DNA from: Lama guanicoe
Taxonomy: Eukaryota
Assembly: GCA_013239625.1 (NCBI GenBank)
Contig: MU056000.1
Span: 11,855,175 to 11,919,174, forward strand
Direction: 5' to 3'
DNA length: 64,000 nt
Part shown: positions 38,101 through 49,900 of the stretch, one piece after another
Position numbering within the stretch: the stretch's first letter is position 1
Layout: each line of letters starts with the position of its first letter
The notes under the pieces: generated by a model
What the model saw: the letters and a program-made list of their open reading frames with translations, nothing else
Told to the model about the DNA's origin: nothing
The model's database searches: none
Made by a program: the position numbers and the translations under genes

Positions 38101-41100
38101 TCATCCTGTGTAAGCTTTAGCTGGTTCATATGTCAAATAAGGATAACAGAATTTAACTCAATGGCTTGTTTTAAACATAAAATAATACGTCTACCTGAAC
38201 ACACTAATTGCTCAGTAAATACCAGGAATGATTAATATCTTATTGTCTTATCATCCAATTCCTTTTCCTTTCCAAATGTGTCTTCCATAGCTGCTCATAT
38301 TCCAATCAGCTAAGTATAACACAGCCAACAGTAGTGCTTGCTTCTCAAAGTCATGGCCTTCCTCCTTCTTTTCATACCTGGGATAAAATCCCACCATTAT
38401 GAATTCTGTTCCCCAAAGGAGAAGGCAGATTCAAACTCCACGCCTCCCCCTCTATACCCAGAACACAGACAGGAAACCTGGGTGCTGTCAATCAGATACA
38501 CCCAGACCAGACTACTATGTGCAAGTCTGAGCACCACTTCAAAACAGGAGTTGGTTCAAAGGATAAGAAGAAGGGCTAGTTTAACAAGAAAAACCTGGAT
38601 AGGGCCAAGAAAACTTGATAAGGAACAGAAAAGAAAAGGTTTATGCATTGAAAAGAAAAGAAATGACCGATCAAAAGCATTGAGAGAGAACGGAAGTGAG
38701 GAGAATATGGATCCAATGTAAACAAAACAGGCTACACACAGCTGCGTGGTGACCCTCAGGGTCGGCCTCGTCCGGGAGAACACCAGCACACACAGCGAGT
38801 TGTAGGTTCTCTCCCCAGTGTGGAAAGGAAGTGATGGGAACACGCCTCTCCAATCTCAGCGGTATTTAAGAAAAACGCACTTACCAGAAGGGAGACTCAG
38901 CTCCATGGTTCCAGCATCATATCCCAAGGTCTTTCCTGAGGGCAAGTCCTCAGTCTCATCAGGGTTTTCCCCCTCCTTGTGATCTGGGTAGCTACTTCTG
39001 GAGCAGTGGAATGGCATTAATACACAGAACAAGATCTCAAATTTAACTAAAATTTGGCAAACCTACTAGATTACCAAAGGGGTTGAGGTGAGGGGGGTTA
39101 ACAGTTTTGCAGGGACTGCAATTGAAAACTTTTGGTGAGAAAATGACTTGTTAGCATTTACTCTGTAGTAAAATATGAAAGTTACCTATGAACGCAAAAT
39201 GGATCACCGACTTAAATGTAAAATGCATAACTATAAAAACTCCTAGAAGATAACATAGGGCAAATTCTAGATGACTTAGGGTTTGGTGATGACTTTTTAG
39301 GTAACACACCAAAAGCACAGTTCATGAAAGAAAGAATGGATAAGCTGAACTTCACTTAAATTAAAAACTTCTGCCCTGTGAAAACCCATGCAAAGAGAAC
39401 TAAACTATAAGATGCAGACTTGGAGAAAATATTTGCAGAAGACACATCTGATAAAGGAGTATTATTCAAAATATAAAACTCTTAAGACTCAACAGTAAGA
39501 AAATAAACAACTCGATTAAAAACCTTAACAGGCCCCTCACTAAGATATACAGATGGCAAATAAGCCTGTAAAGAGGTGTTCCACAGCATGCGTCACCAGA
39601 AAGACGCAAATTAAAGCACTGAGATATGACTACACATGTATCAGAATGGCCAAAGTCCAGAACACGGACAACACCAAATGCTGGTGAGGACATGGAGCCA
39701 CCGGGACTCTCATTCAGTGACAGCAGGAATGCAAAAGGGTAAAGCCACTTGGAACAGTTTGGCAGTTTCTTGCAAAACTAAAGACAATCTCACCGTATAG
39801 ACCCAGCAATCACGCTGCTTGATGTTTACCCTAAGGAGTCAAGAAATTCTGTCATGGATGTTCACAGAGCATTTACCCAAACTCCTAAAACTTGGAAGCA
39901 ACCAAGATGTCCTTCAACAGATGAACTGATAAATAAATAAACAATGGTGCATCCAGACAAGGAAGTATTTTTGGATTATTTCAAAAAGAAACGAGCTAGC
40001 AGGCCATGAAAACACACGGAGGAAACTTACAAGCACATTGCTAAGTGAAGAAGCCAGGCTGAAGAAGCAGCTACTGTATGACTCTAATCATACAACTTTC
40101 TGGAAATGGCAAAGATACGGAGGCAGGAAATAGCACTGTCTGCCGGGGGTGGAGGAGCGTGATGATCTGGCAGAACACAGAGGACTTTCAGGTCTCTGAA
40201 ACTACTCTGTATGATATTCCGATGGCGGATACATGTCATTATATGTACATTTGTCCAGACTCATAGAATGGAGCACACCGACAGTGAACTCTGAACTACG
40301 GGCTTGGAGCGTTAATTGATGGGTCAATGCAGGTTCACCTATTGTGACAAACATCACACTGGTGCAGGATGTTGCTAATGAGGGAGGCTGTGCATGTGTG
40401 GGTGAGGGGGAACTATGGGAAATCCCTGTACCTTCTGCTCAGTTTTGCTGTGAACCTAACATTGTTCTGAAAACCGGTGAGCAAATGACCCACCACAGAA
40501 TTCTTTCCCCTAAGGATTTAGTCTCTCTACGAGGGTTGGCAAACAGAGAGGAAGAGGAGAACGTAGAGGTAGAGATGCGGCTCTTGGAAGTTTAACCACT
40601 GTAACAACAAGTTCTAGAACAGCGACGTCCTGTAGAGCTTTCTGATACCACAAATTTCTAGTCTGTGTGCCCGATATGATACCACTCACATGTGCTTCTA
40701 CCTACAGGGCTGGAAATGAAGGTAGTGTGACTGAAGAGGTGAATTTTTACATTTTTAATTTAGCTAATTAACCAAAAGAGCAACATGAACTATACCTAGG
40801 AATTACCATATTGAACACTGTAGTTCTAGAAGAATCTCTGTGTTTCTAGAACTGTTCACAAAGTCACATAGAAAAGAACTGGAGAAATGCACACTGAAGT
40901 GTGAACAGTAATGCAGATAAGCCAACAGGAACAGACAGAAGCCTTGGTCAGACACTTCACAAGAGACATCCAAATAGCCAGTTAATATATAAAAAGGTTC
41001 TCAACTACACTAGTGCACATCAGGGACATGCAAATTAAAACCACAATGGATGTACACTGCACAGCCACCAAAGAGACCACAATGAAAAACTCTCCCTCAC

Positions 41101-43732
41101 TACAAGCGAGAAATGAGAAATCAGGACGAAAAGGCAAAAGGACAATTTATAAGACTAGAACTTTTCTGAACACCCGTATCAGGTGGGCTCTGCACACCTG
41201 GCATGGTCATTACACACACCGGCTTGCACAGCACACCTGTGCTAGGTCATAGGCATCTGGACACTAGGAACCAGATGTTCCGCAGTGCCTAGCATGAATG
41301 TGTGGCATGATGTGGGACTTAGAAAGCCGCCACCCATCCAGACTCCCTTAGGAGACAGCTTGTGATTCAAGGACTCTCAGGGAAACCAAAATGTGAAACC
41401 TCATTTCCAGGCCTCTGTTCATGAGGTCACTGGCAAAGCTGAACTTCTGACCACTGAAACCACAAAAACAAGTTTTCAAATCAGACAAACTTCAGTTTGG
41501 CCCTGACATCTTCTCTTTATCAGGTATGTGTGTTTAACTCTGTGACACTCAGTTTCGCAGCTACAACATGACAGGAAATAACCCCCTCCTATGCAAGTGT
41601 TCTCAGAGGTACCAAGAATCCTGCACTGGACAGAGCCAGACAAAGGTCAGGCCTGGGCGTATCTACACCACTTCAGAGCAAATGGGATGAACTCACCACC
41701 CCCCTCCATATTACAAACCACAGACTTACCTAAAATCATAGAAGTCTGCAAATTCCAAAAGAGCGTCTCCATCTGTGAAGAGCTTACAGTGACTCCTGTC
41801 ATTCATGTGAGCCTGCACAGCTTCCGTGGAGTAGAAGGATTTCCCTTTCTCGTTGCACCACAAGCAAATCTTTCCGACACCAACTTTCTCTCCTGGAAAA
41901 GTAAGTTGAGGAGAAAAATATGAAAGCAGCTTTTTGCAGCCAGCTTACATCTCACCATCTATCTCCACAGTTCAAAAAATATGCATCAAGTTTTGGATTC
42001 TCACAAAATGAGCAGATCATTCAATCCAAGATGGATGAGAAACACAAAACTCATGTTCCCTTAAGACCTGCCCCCCAATACTGCGATCTTTCATTATTAA
42101 AAAAGAAAAACTATTACACTTACCCAAATATTTAATCAGTCCCTTAAGATCCGAAAGATATTCTATGTCAGGAATAAAGAAGCTGTGGACTTTGGTCATA
42201 TGCGCCACATTCTTCATGAGGGAGCTTGAATGATGGGGACAAAATAAGCAGTCCGTCACGGGGATGGCGCCAACGGGGGCGCTCACTCCAGTCTCTTCCT
42301 CCTCTGCATCCTGCTCCTCCTCGTCCATGGCTTCAGCATCCTCACACTCTAATTTCTCATCAGAATCAAGATCTTCCCAGTCTTCCAGAGATTTGAAAAA
42401 CAGAGTTAATTGAAGATCCCAGACTTAGTTATTAATTTACCACAGACCAGTCTGCACGGCTAAGAAATGCCTCAGTCTTTCTCCAGTGCAGTTTAAACCC
42501 CTTGAAGGAGACATGTGCTGCTTTCCTGTGCATATGTGAACACATGCAATCAGGGTTTTATGGGATGTGGGAAGCAGTACAGGAAGAAAGGAAGAAACAT
42601 AGCTCAGAAAATCAAGGTGGCTAGGTTGTTGGCTCCAGGCTCACATTTGAGGTTAACTAGCTGATTCTGAGCCTTTCAAAAGTTCATTGTTTTTTCAGTT
42701 AAAGTCAGCGCAAAGCATTCATAACTAGAAATCCAATAGAAATAGAGCTTTTACAGCTGATGGTGTGTGGGTAACCTGTCCTCCAATGCATATGTTAAAA
42801 GCCTCCTCCTTCAAATCAGAAAAGGCATCCATTCATTCTACAAATTACTTATTAAGCACCTATTGCCACCACTCCCCCAACCCGGTACTGTACCCTGTCC
42901 CCCACCCCCAGCCAAGGCAAAGTTTCAGTTTCTGAATCTACACCAGTTAAGTAAACAAACAAAATTCCCTGTGGGGATCCTGGACACACCTCGGCTACAC
43001 CAGTCACTTCAGAAAGCATCGAAACCACCCTCACTCATCACCTTCCCTTAGCTGACACCTTCCCCCTCCAACCGGATGAAAAATCTAGAAAACCCGCCCC
43101 CCAGACAACCCCTCACCATCTCCATCCAGGTCCTCTTCACTCTCCTCCTCCACCTGCTGCTTCGCCAACTTCTTCGCCTGCTGTTCAAACCACTGCAGCC
43201 GGGGAGGTTTCTCGGCAGGGGCTCGCTGCTGAGTCCCACGTCCTCCAGCAGCCACGGCCACGGGACTCGGGGACTCCGCCTCGGGCACAAGGGGCACCTT
43301 CTTGGGTGACGTGGACGGCTGGGCCTTGATGGCCTGCTGGATGGCCGCGTTCACTGCATCCTTGTCCACACTGTCCACGCCCAGCCCTTTCTCCAAGTTC
43401 TTTTCATTCTTTATCTCCAGTTTCTGACTCGCCGCCTTCTTCTCCAGCTCCACATGCCGCCGGGACTTGAGATGGTTTTCGTAGGCCTTGAAGGAGGCAA
43501 ACTTCTTACTGCAGACGGTGCAGTAGGTGGCCGCGCCCTTGCTCTCCGGCTCCGCCAGGGCCCGCTGCGCCCGCACCCGCTCCTGGAAGCCCTCGGCGCT
43601 GACCGGGGCCATGCCGGCCACTTTGCGCCCCAGGTTGTAGCGGTGCCAGTCCGTCTTGTAGTGGGCCCGCTGCGCCTCCGCGTCGTACAGCGGCACGCGG
43701 CAGGTGTTGCAGGTGTAGGGCGCCATCGCCAT
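32029..43732 (-). CDS. ZNF622: ZNF622-like (Rei1 family, cytoplasmic pre-60S maturation zinc-finger protein), whole gene span; spliced CDS join(43732..43117,42381..42124,41892..41730,38997..38885,33320..33177,32156..32029), 473 aa; probably a diverged paralogue
   Basis: Manual splicing gives 616+258+163+113+144+128=1422 nt, one open frame from ATG to TGA, five GT-AG introns with compatible phases (1,1,2,1,1). Translation contains ZNF622 hallmarks HYKTDWHRYNL, CTVCSKKF..HLKSRRH, CLFC..HMTKVHSFFIPD, CLWCNEKGK..HMNDRSHC, GHRSLMRYYKQ and a terminal HFRPQVLF. Confidence 0.96.
33177..33320 (-). CDS. ZNF622: ZNF622-like exon 5
   Basis: Acceptor aaaaacAG|; (G)ARVGHRSLMRYYKQRFGLSRAVAVAKNQKAVGRVLQQYRALGWTGST; donor G|GTGCGG; 144 nt. 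Confidence 0.95.
33789..33973 (+). mobile_element. MER20 (hAT-Charlie MITE) in intron 4
   Basis: cagtggttctcaa..ccccaggggacatgtggcaatg..agaggccagggatgtggctaaa..cccaaaatgtctacagtgctgaggcggagaacccctg. Confidence 0.85.
34233..34340 (+). mobile_element. MER5A-like fragment in intron 4
   Basis: cagtggctctcaaaaagtggtccagggccactggcatcagcatcacctgagagctt. Confidence 0.65.
36860..37450 (-). mobile_element. Degenerate L2 LINE fragment in intron 4
   Basis: aacagacatttat..ctcctgtgtgtctgagacactgtgct, agggaaactgcatgtg, cagaaaggctgctct motifs typical of L2. Confidence 0.5.
38885..38997 (-). CDS. ZNF622: ZNF622-like exon 4
   Basis: Acceptor tgctccAG|; (R)SSYPDHKEGENPDETEDLPSGKTLGYDAGTMELSLPS(G); donor G|GTAAGT; 113 nt; not in the ORF track. 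Confidence 0.94.
39185..40472 (+). mobile_element. L1MB/MC-like LINE-1 fragment in intron 3 (antisense to the gene)
   Basis: aaaatggatcaccgacttaaatgtaaaa..tcctagaagataacatagg, ggagaaaatatttgca, acttggaagcaaccaagatgtccttcaacagatgaa, 3' end tatgggaaatccctgtaccttctgctcagttttgctgtgaacctaa. Confidence 0.85.
40620..40822 (+). mobile_element. MER3-like hAT MITE in intron 3
   Basis: cagcgacgtcctgtagagctttctg ... accatattgaacactg, flanked by gttctaga on both sides. Confidence 0.7.
41730..41892 (-). CDS. ZNF622: ZNF622-like exon 3 (zinc finger 4)
   Basis: Acceptor ttttccAG|; GEKVGVGKICLWCNEKGKSFYSTEAVQAHMNDRSHCKLFTDGDALLEFADFYDF(R); donor AG|GTAAGT; 163 nt; not in the supplied ORF track. Confidence 0.96.
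42124..42381 (-). CDS. ZNF622: ZNF622-like exon 2 (acidic region, zinc finger 3)
   Basis: Acceptor ctctggaAG| at 42382; (D)WEDLDSDEKLECEDAEAMDEEEQ...CLFCPHHSSSLMKNVAHMTKVHSFFIPDIEYLSDLKGLIKYL; donor G|GTAAGT; 258 nt. Confidence 0.95.
43117..43732 (-). CDS. ZNF622: ZNF622-like coding exon 1 (zinc fingers 1 and 2, start of acidic linker)
   Basis: ATG GCG ATG GCG CCC TAC ACC TGC at 43732 (second ATG at 43726); MAMAPYTCNTCRVPLY...EEDLDGD; donor G|GTGAGG at 43117/43116; CpG-rich. Confidence 0.95.
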
Positions 43733-43859
43733 GTGGGAACTAAAAGGCAACAAAGGCAGAAAGAAATCTTGGGACCAACAACCCGACCCCACAAGGCACT
43801 CACACCTTAACTGGCCTCAGGGCCCTCGAAGACTGTGTACTGAGGCCAGACGCTATGGA

Positions 43860-44100
43860 GTTTATCTAGGGCTGGTCAGGAAGTCCCGCCTCCTGACCTG
43901 TAGCCACGCCCCTACCACAGAGAGGCCCAGGAAAGCATGGGACGCCTGGCCCCGCCTAGGTGGCCTAGGTGGGTGTTGATTGGATGGCCTGTGTGGATGG
44001 TGAGTGGAGCTGTACGCGGTGGATGTTGATTGGCTGGGCCCCAGGGTGCTGATTGAGTCAACGAAGGTGGCGCGATCCTCAAGTGGGCGTTGATTGGATC
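43860..44100 (-). promoter_or_regulatory. Proximal promoter of the ZNF622-like gene: GC boxes plus clustered CCAAT boxes
   Basis: GC boxes cccgcc (~43885), ccacgcccc (~43904), ccccgcc (~43950); ATTGG at 43979, 44029, 44093 and ATTGA at 44052; TGAGTCA at 44054; 130-370 nt upstream of the ATG. Confidence 0.7.
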
Positions 44101-44109
44101 CATGCAAGA

Positions 44110-44255
44110 GGATGGTATTAGCCCGTGGCACCTTTGGGAGGGGATTAGGTTGTGAGGGCAGACCTCATTATGGTATTAGTGCCCTTGTTAAAGAGACCCG
44201 GGAAAGGATACAGTAAGAAGTCTGGGACCACCAAGACTGTCCTCACCAGACTGTG
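44110..44255 (+). mobile_element. MLT1 LTR fragment upstream of the promoter
   Basis: atggtattag..cctttgggagggattaggttgtgagggcaga..ggtattagtgcccttgttaaagagacc..cctcaccaga. Confidence 0.65.
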
Positions 44256-46089
44256 AAAAAAAAGAAAAATGAAATAAAAACTTCAATAACATTTGTATTT
44301 CGACTATAGGATGTGAAGTGAGATATACTCATGTAACAATGTTATTCAGTAAGTAAAATATGGATTATACCGTTGAGTATCAATGAATTATTAAATAAAG
44401 ACCATATTGTGTATGTGTATAGTTAACATGCAGCTTTAAGAACAATAATACGTCGATTCTCTTCTATCCATCCCGTAAATTAAGAAATAGAACATGACCA
44501 ATACCCAAGAAACTCCCAGTTGCCTTTATCAAGTCACATTCCCTACATATCCCCATCTGAGGTTAACCCTCACCTGAATCTTTTTTTTATCATTTCCTTG
44601 ATTAACTGTTAGCTTAGTGTGATTTTGAGCTTTATATACCTGAGATACTGTATATAGTCTTCTGTGATTTCTTTCCTCTCAATATTATAATCCTGAGGTT
44701 CACATACAAACATGGAGTTTTTCATTCATTCATATCCACTGCTGTTCCATTGCTTGAACACAACTCATTTTATTTTTTTTATTATCCTAATGAAAATATA
44801 TTTCAAAATTACCTAAAAATAAGAAATGTTCATTCGTTTGAATCATTGAAATAATAATAGAATCATTCAAAGTTTTCATTAATTTTTATTAAAATTGTAT
44901 TTGCCAAAGAGTTCAATCAAATCCTAAAATACTGCTCACTATGCATAGAGAACAGAAATTTAAATCTGCATTTCTGTTGTCTTTATGGTCCCATTATACT
45001 GAGCAGTAGCCTAGCCTATCGTTGCCAATTTGTAACAAGTGTATGTTGTTCTAGAAAGGAAACCACAGTTTAATAACCATTTCAGCTTTTACTCTCTGGT
45101 ACAAAATCTTTTCCCATTAAGCTGACGTATTGGCAAGACTTTGTTACAGACAGTGGCCTCCTGTATAAATACATGATAAATACTAGATAAAAGCCATGCA
45201 CTTAGTGTTTCTTTTAATAGGTCTGGAATCATTTGTAGGATATGCAAACCCAGTGCTAGATTTGGTGACTGATATAAACAGTCTTGCTCAGTGATTCAAG
45301 AGTGGATAGAGTTAATGAATACATAAATTATACCTAAATGTTCCTGAAAGTTCATTTCTCACGACAGTCAGGAAATCATTTGGCCAGTGCCTGACCAGTG
45401 GGCTGGCATCTGCCTGGACACCTGGCTGCTCAGTGACTCTCCAGCAGAGAACCAGCTAAGGCTGAGAGAACAAAGAGGCAGGACAAGAAGTTACTGATTT
45501 TGTTTTTGATTTTTTGCTTTTTTAATGCTACTGCACTCACTTAAATATAGCTTCAAATGTATATTTAAAAAAGGAAATTAAATTATTGAATTTACAAATT
45601 ACCTTTGTGTTGAAAACTTAGTAAAGAGAAACAGACACAATTTCTGGGTAGTTGAGCATCTAAGAGCCAAAGTATTTTGATTTGTCTTAGGGCTACTGGA
45701 GTTGAACCCAGAGATCGGTCCCCCCCACCAGTATCCTTGCAATCATAGCTCCAGATGACACTTCGCTAACAATCTCTGTCCTCTACTAGACACGTTTGTT
45801 TAGTTAGGGTCATTTCCTTAGCTTTGTGGCAGTGCCTTCCACATGGTAGGCACTGAAAATTATCTATGAAATGAAAGAATTTGGGGTCCCTTAACAGAGC
45901 TTGTTTGAACTGGCATATGTATGTGTGAGTTAAAATTGCAAGGGTGACATGCGTGGGTTTGGATTTATGGCAGGCCTGTTCCACTGGGCCTCTCCTAGTG
46001 TCCCATGCCAGAGCAACTGTGGCCCTGAACCATTGTCTGGCCTCTGCCCATAGGCTGCAGGCACAGAAGCAGGTTGCACAGTGGGGGAA

Positions 46090-46171
46090 AAATACAAAAA
46101 GAAAAAGAAAGAAGGGGAAAAAAGAAGAAAGAAGAAAAAGGAAAAAAAGAAACAAAACAAGAGAAAAAAAA
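46090..46171. repeat. A/G-rich low-complexity tract
   Basis: aaaaatacaaaaagaaaaagaaagaaggggaaaaaagaagaaagaagaaaaag... Confidence 0.9.
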
Positions 46172-46339
46172 TCACAAGTGTGGGATCTGAACTTGATTTC
46201 ATTGTAACTTTAGGAATTGCCCAGTATTTGTACATCTTCCTGGAGTGGTTGCTGCCAGTTTTTAGCACACTGTGGCTCCCGTGGAGAAACGAAGGCGGGA
46301 CCCAGAGTACAGCCTGGCACATGCACCACGTTCAACACA

Positions 46340-48290
46340 AGTTACACTTGACCATGTTAATTTCACTATTTACAATATATTGTTGACATAGTGCTTTTCG
46401 TTCTCCAAATTTTTATTTGCATTTCCTTTTTGTTAAGTCAAAAATTAATCCAAATGAACCCCAAATTACATTTCTTTTATTAAATCCAAAATTTTAACTC
46501 AATTCTCATCAATACTTCCTCACAGCTATTGTCTTTAAGACACTTAGTGGTCTAAACTTAACAGCGGATACCAAAGTACTCCTGTTAAAGGTTCTGCATC
46601 AGTACCACGTTAGCTCTGGCTGCTGCAGCTGGCTGACCATGGCTTGTGTGGCATCTTTCCTCCTGAGGATCAAACTGACCCTCGAAAGTTGATTGGCCTG
46701 TCTTTGATTGAGACATCAAGACTGGGGTCAAAAGTGAGAGAACATAATATCATTCCCTCTCTGTGCAAGTTACCAAATCCCCGGGCGACTCTGCTGATTG
46801 GTTGCACAGCCAATCTGCAGACTAGACACAGGCTCAGTGGAGTCTTTCTGCTTAGCAGACTGTAAAACTGTGTTTTACTGAATGTAAAATGCTCTCATGC
46901 AGTATCTTTTGTTTCTCCACTGTTTGGTAGCATTCCTACTTTACAGATGATGAAATAGATTTAGGGATGTTCAGTAACTTTTGAAAAGAGACAGAAGGAA
47001 GCTGGAGAATTCTGGTCCAGGCTTCTTCATGTGTAAAAGCCTTATGTCAACAATACATTGTGAAGAGTGAAATTAAAATGATCACTAACACATTCATGCA
47101 GTATTTCCAGCAGTATCCCATCCTAAGGAACACACTCAGTGGGGCTGTAAACGTTTTTTTATTTCCACTAAATCTGCAGCAGCAGTGAAAAAATCTTGTT
47201 CTAAATCTAGAAATACATGGAATATAATGTTTACATTAATGTTACTTACATTATACTCACAAAAAATATTACATGCAAAAACAAAAATATCACCTTTTCT
47301 TACCTAGAATGTGAACAAATTTTGCCCCCAGCCAATTTTGGTTATTTATGAATTTTGAATTGTTTAGCTTTTCCTCTGAGTTATTTCTAAACTCTGTTAA
47401 GATCCTAATGGACATTATTAATTTGGAATTCACAATAATTCATATGTAGGCAGCCGGGTAAGAGCTGTGTTGCCAACTCAGTGTACAGACATTTTGCAAA
47501 AGAATTGCTGGCAGTGCTATGACATTTGTAAGTGCTTTGAAGAATACATGTCATTTAATTTAGACAAATATGCAATTGGCACATTAATTATTTATGACAC
47601 TAAAATTGATGGAGATTAGGAAGATTTTAGTAGCTTATTAATAGTATAAACATTTGAAAATTAGAATAATTTATGATCATTTGTATGGCAGACGGTTGTT
47701 CTGTAGATCTGTCCTTTCTTTCCTGTTCACACGGACTCGCTGGCTAACTATAGTTCCCAGCCTCCTGTGCAGTGATTTACATGACTAAATTAGAGCCAAT
47801 GGATATGAGCCGAGGCACAGATGTAATCTAAGTACAGACCATTTCCTCCTTGGAGATGCCACGCCCCATGCAGGTGGGCTTGGTCAGGATATTTCCTGTG
47901 AGCTTAAACAAAGGTATTTTAGCTTAATGCTCAGGCATGGGAGGCAGGGTTCCCAGAGATCGGCCAGGAGACAAGCTGCATTTTTAGACTCTGCCTCTTT
48001 TTCTTCTCAGCAGCTAGAGGTGAGGTGTTAACACTCTCACTCATGGAGGTGAGGACGACATCTTAGAGAATGGTAGAGTGATGGCGTGAAAGGAGCCAGG
48101 GTCCCTAAATGACATCACAGAGTAGAGCTGCCCCGCCACCCCGAGCTGGCTGGACTGTTACGTAAAATAAACAGAAGCCACTGTGTTGTGGCACTTCTGT
48201 TACAGTAGCCTCACTTATAACCTAATAGAGTAAAACCCCAGGGTAATGCTATGCAACCGGGCATAAGGCAAACGTGTTGGAGATGCAAGG
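46340..48290 (-). repeat. Inverted repeat, right arm, ancient inner segment
   Basis: Reverse complement of 28125..29920, same anchors. Confidence 0.88.
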
Positions 48291-48676
48291 ACTCTCAGTA
48301 GAACCAGCTTCTACTTACCAAGGAGCTACTGGCTGCAGATCTGCTCCTTTCTGGCATCTCTCCAGTCCCCTGCAGGCACTGCTGCTGCACCTACTCACAG
48401 CCCACGGCTGCTCCTCGTGCCCATCAAAACTGAAATAGTCTCAGGGCCCCTATTGGCTACCAACTGACAAATGAACAGCAAACTCTAGAACTTAATTCTC
48501 TACCCAAAGACACCTGAATACTTCCTGGTCTTCTTTTCCCATCTCTACCTGTACCTTTTGCCTCACACAAACCAGACGTGTACTCTTCCTAAATATGTCC
48601 CTTCTTCTCCTCTGTCCACAGTATCTCTTCTATCAGCTCCACCCAGCTTTTTTCACTTGCAGATGAGTCCTCAATA

Positions 48677-49188
48677 TGCAATAGGGAAGAGCAAATCTGA
48701 CTTCACGTTAGATCTGTTTCTTTTATTTTAACCTTTGTATTCCATTGCGTTGCTACGAGTTAATCAGTGAAGGAATGTTGCCTATAGCTTAAGATATACA
48801 TAATGGCCCATCTCCCTCCCATGCCTGAGCCTTAAGCTAAAATACTTTGTTTAAGCTCACAGGAAACAGCCTTAGCCAGCCCATGATGAATGGCTGCAGG
48901 AAGGAATAAATTAACACATCCCCTCTGGAGTCCGGATTCTGGAACTAGGAAATATTTGCAACAACTTATCACCTTTTTTCCTTGACCTCCTGACCATCCC
49001 TTCCCCTTTTGCTCTATGAAAGAACCCAACATCCAAACGTAGACAGGAGGGTTCTTTGACACACCAGTCCACCATCTTCTCGGTCTGCTGGGTTTCCAAG
49101 TAAAATTTCTATTCCTTGCCCCAACAACTCATCTCCTGATTTACTAGCCTATCATGTGGCAAATAGTACAAGTTTGAACTCAGTAACA
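48677..49188 (+). mobile_element. ERV1-class solo LTR (~510 bp), right side only
   Basis: tgcaatagggaagagcaaatctgac ... gtttgaactcagtaaca (TG..CA), flanked by aata/aatg (near 4-bp TSD). Confidence 0.75.
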
Positions 49189-49442
49189 AATGTTCCCTCT
49201 CCTTCAGAATCCATCTGAAATGACAACTCCTTAATGAAAACTTTTCTCATCTCCCTAATTGCTGACAAAGTCTATTCTAAATACCTATTGCCTCTTTGTT
49301 TGTATTCCATTGCATTCCAGTTTACCCCATTTTTATTCTATTAGTTAATTGTGTAATTTCTTACCATCCTTAACGAGTCATAAAAGTCTCCTGAAGACAA
49401 GGGTGTCTGAATGTAGAACCAGTAGAATAATATAAAGGATAG

Positions 49443-49900
49443 TGTGATATTGTGATTTGTACCAATAGATATTTGGTCTTTGTCCCATTCCTGGCACAGA
49501 GCTCATAAAATCCTTGGAATGTTTTAAGTGATGGGAATGAGAAAGGCATCTTTTGTTAGGTCCATAAGCTGACTTTTGGAAAGCCCCTTGGTAGCTTAGC
49601 TGAGAAGTTATCACAACCAGAACTCCAGGGGGACAGAATCTCCTGTTTGGGACCTTCCTGACCTCACCCTATGTATCTTTTCATCTGGCCTGTCCATTTA
49701 CATCCTTTAATATCTTTTGTAATAAACCAGTAATCTAGTAAGTAAACTAGTTTACAAATTATCTGAGCTACTCTAGCAAATTAATCAAAACTGAGGAGAA
49801 GGTCATGGGAACCTCTGAAATACAGGCAGTCCAACAGAAGGCTTGGGATTCACATCTGAAGTCGAGAGGAGTCTTATGGGACTGAGACCTTTAACAATAG
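49443..49900 (+). mobile_element. MER21-like LTR
   Basis: tgtgatattgtgatttg..atatttggtctttgtccc..cctggcacagagctc..aaatccttggaat start; gtcttatgggactgagacctttaac near the end. Confidence 0.7.

Noticed and set aside
32029..43732. ZNF622 processed or unprocessed pseudogene
   Set aside because: Introns are present, no stop or frameshift occurs in 474 codons, and splice sites, promoter motifs and poly(A) signal are intact. Expression remains unproven.
43733..43792. N-terminal 20 residues of the 235-aa ORF 43085..43792
   Set aside because: Non-ATG start; homology begins at MAMAPYTC (ATG 43732 or 43726). The last ~10 residues of that ORF are intron 1 read-through.
45766..46386. Lys-rich and Phe-rich ORFs
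   Set aside because: Translation of an A/G-rich low-complexity tract.
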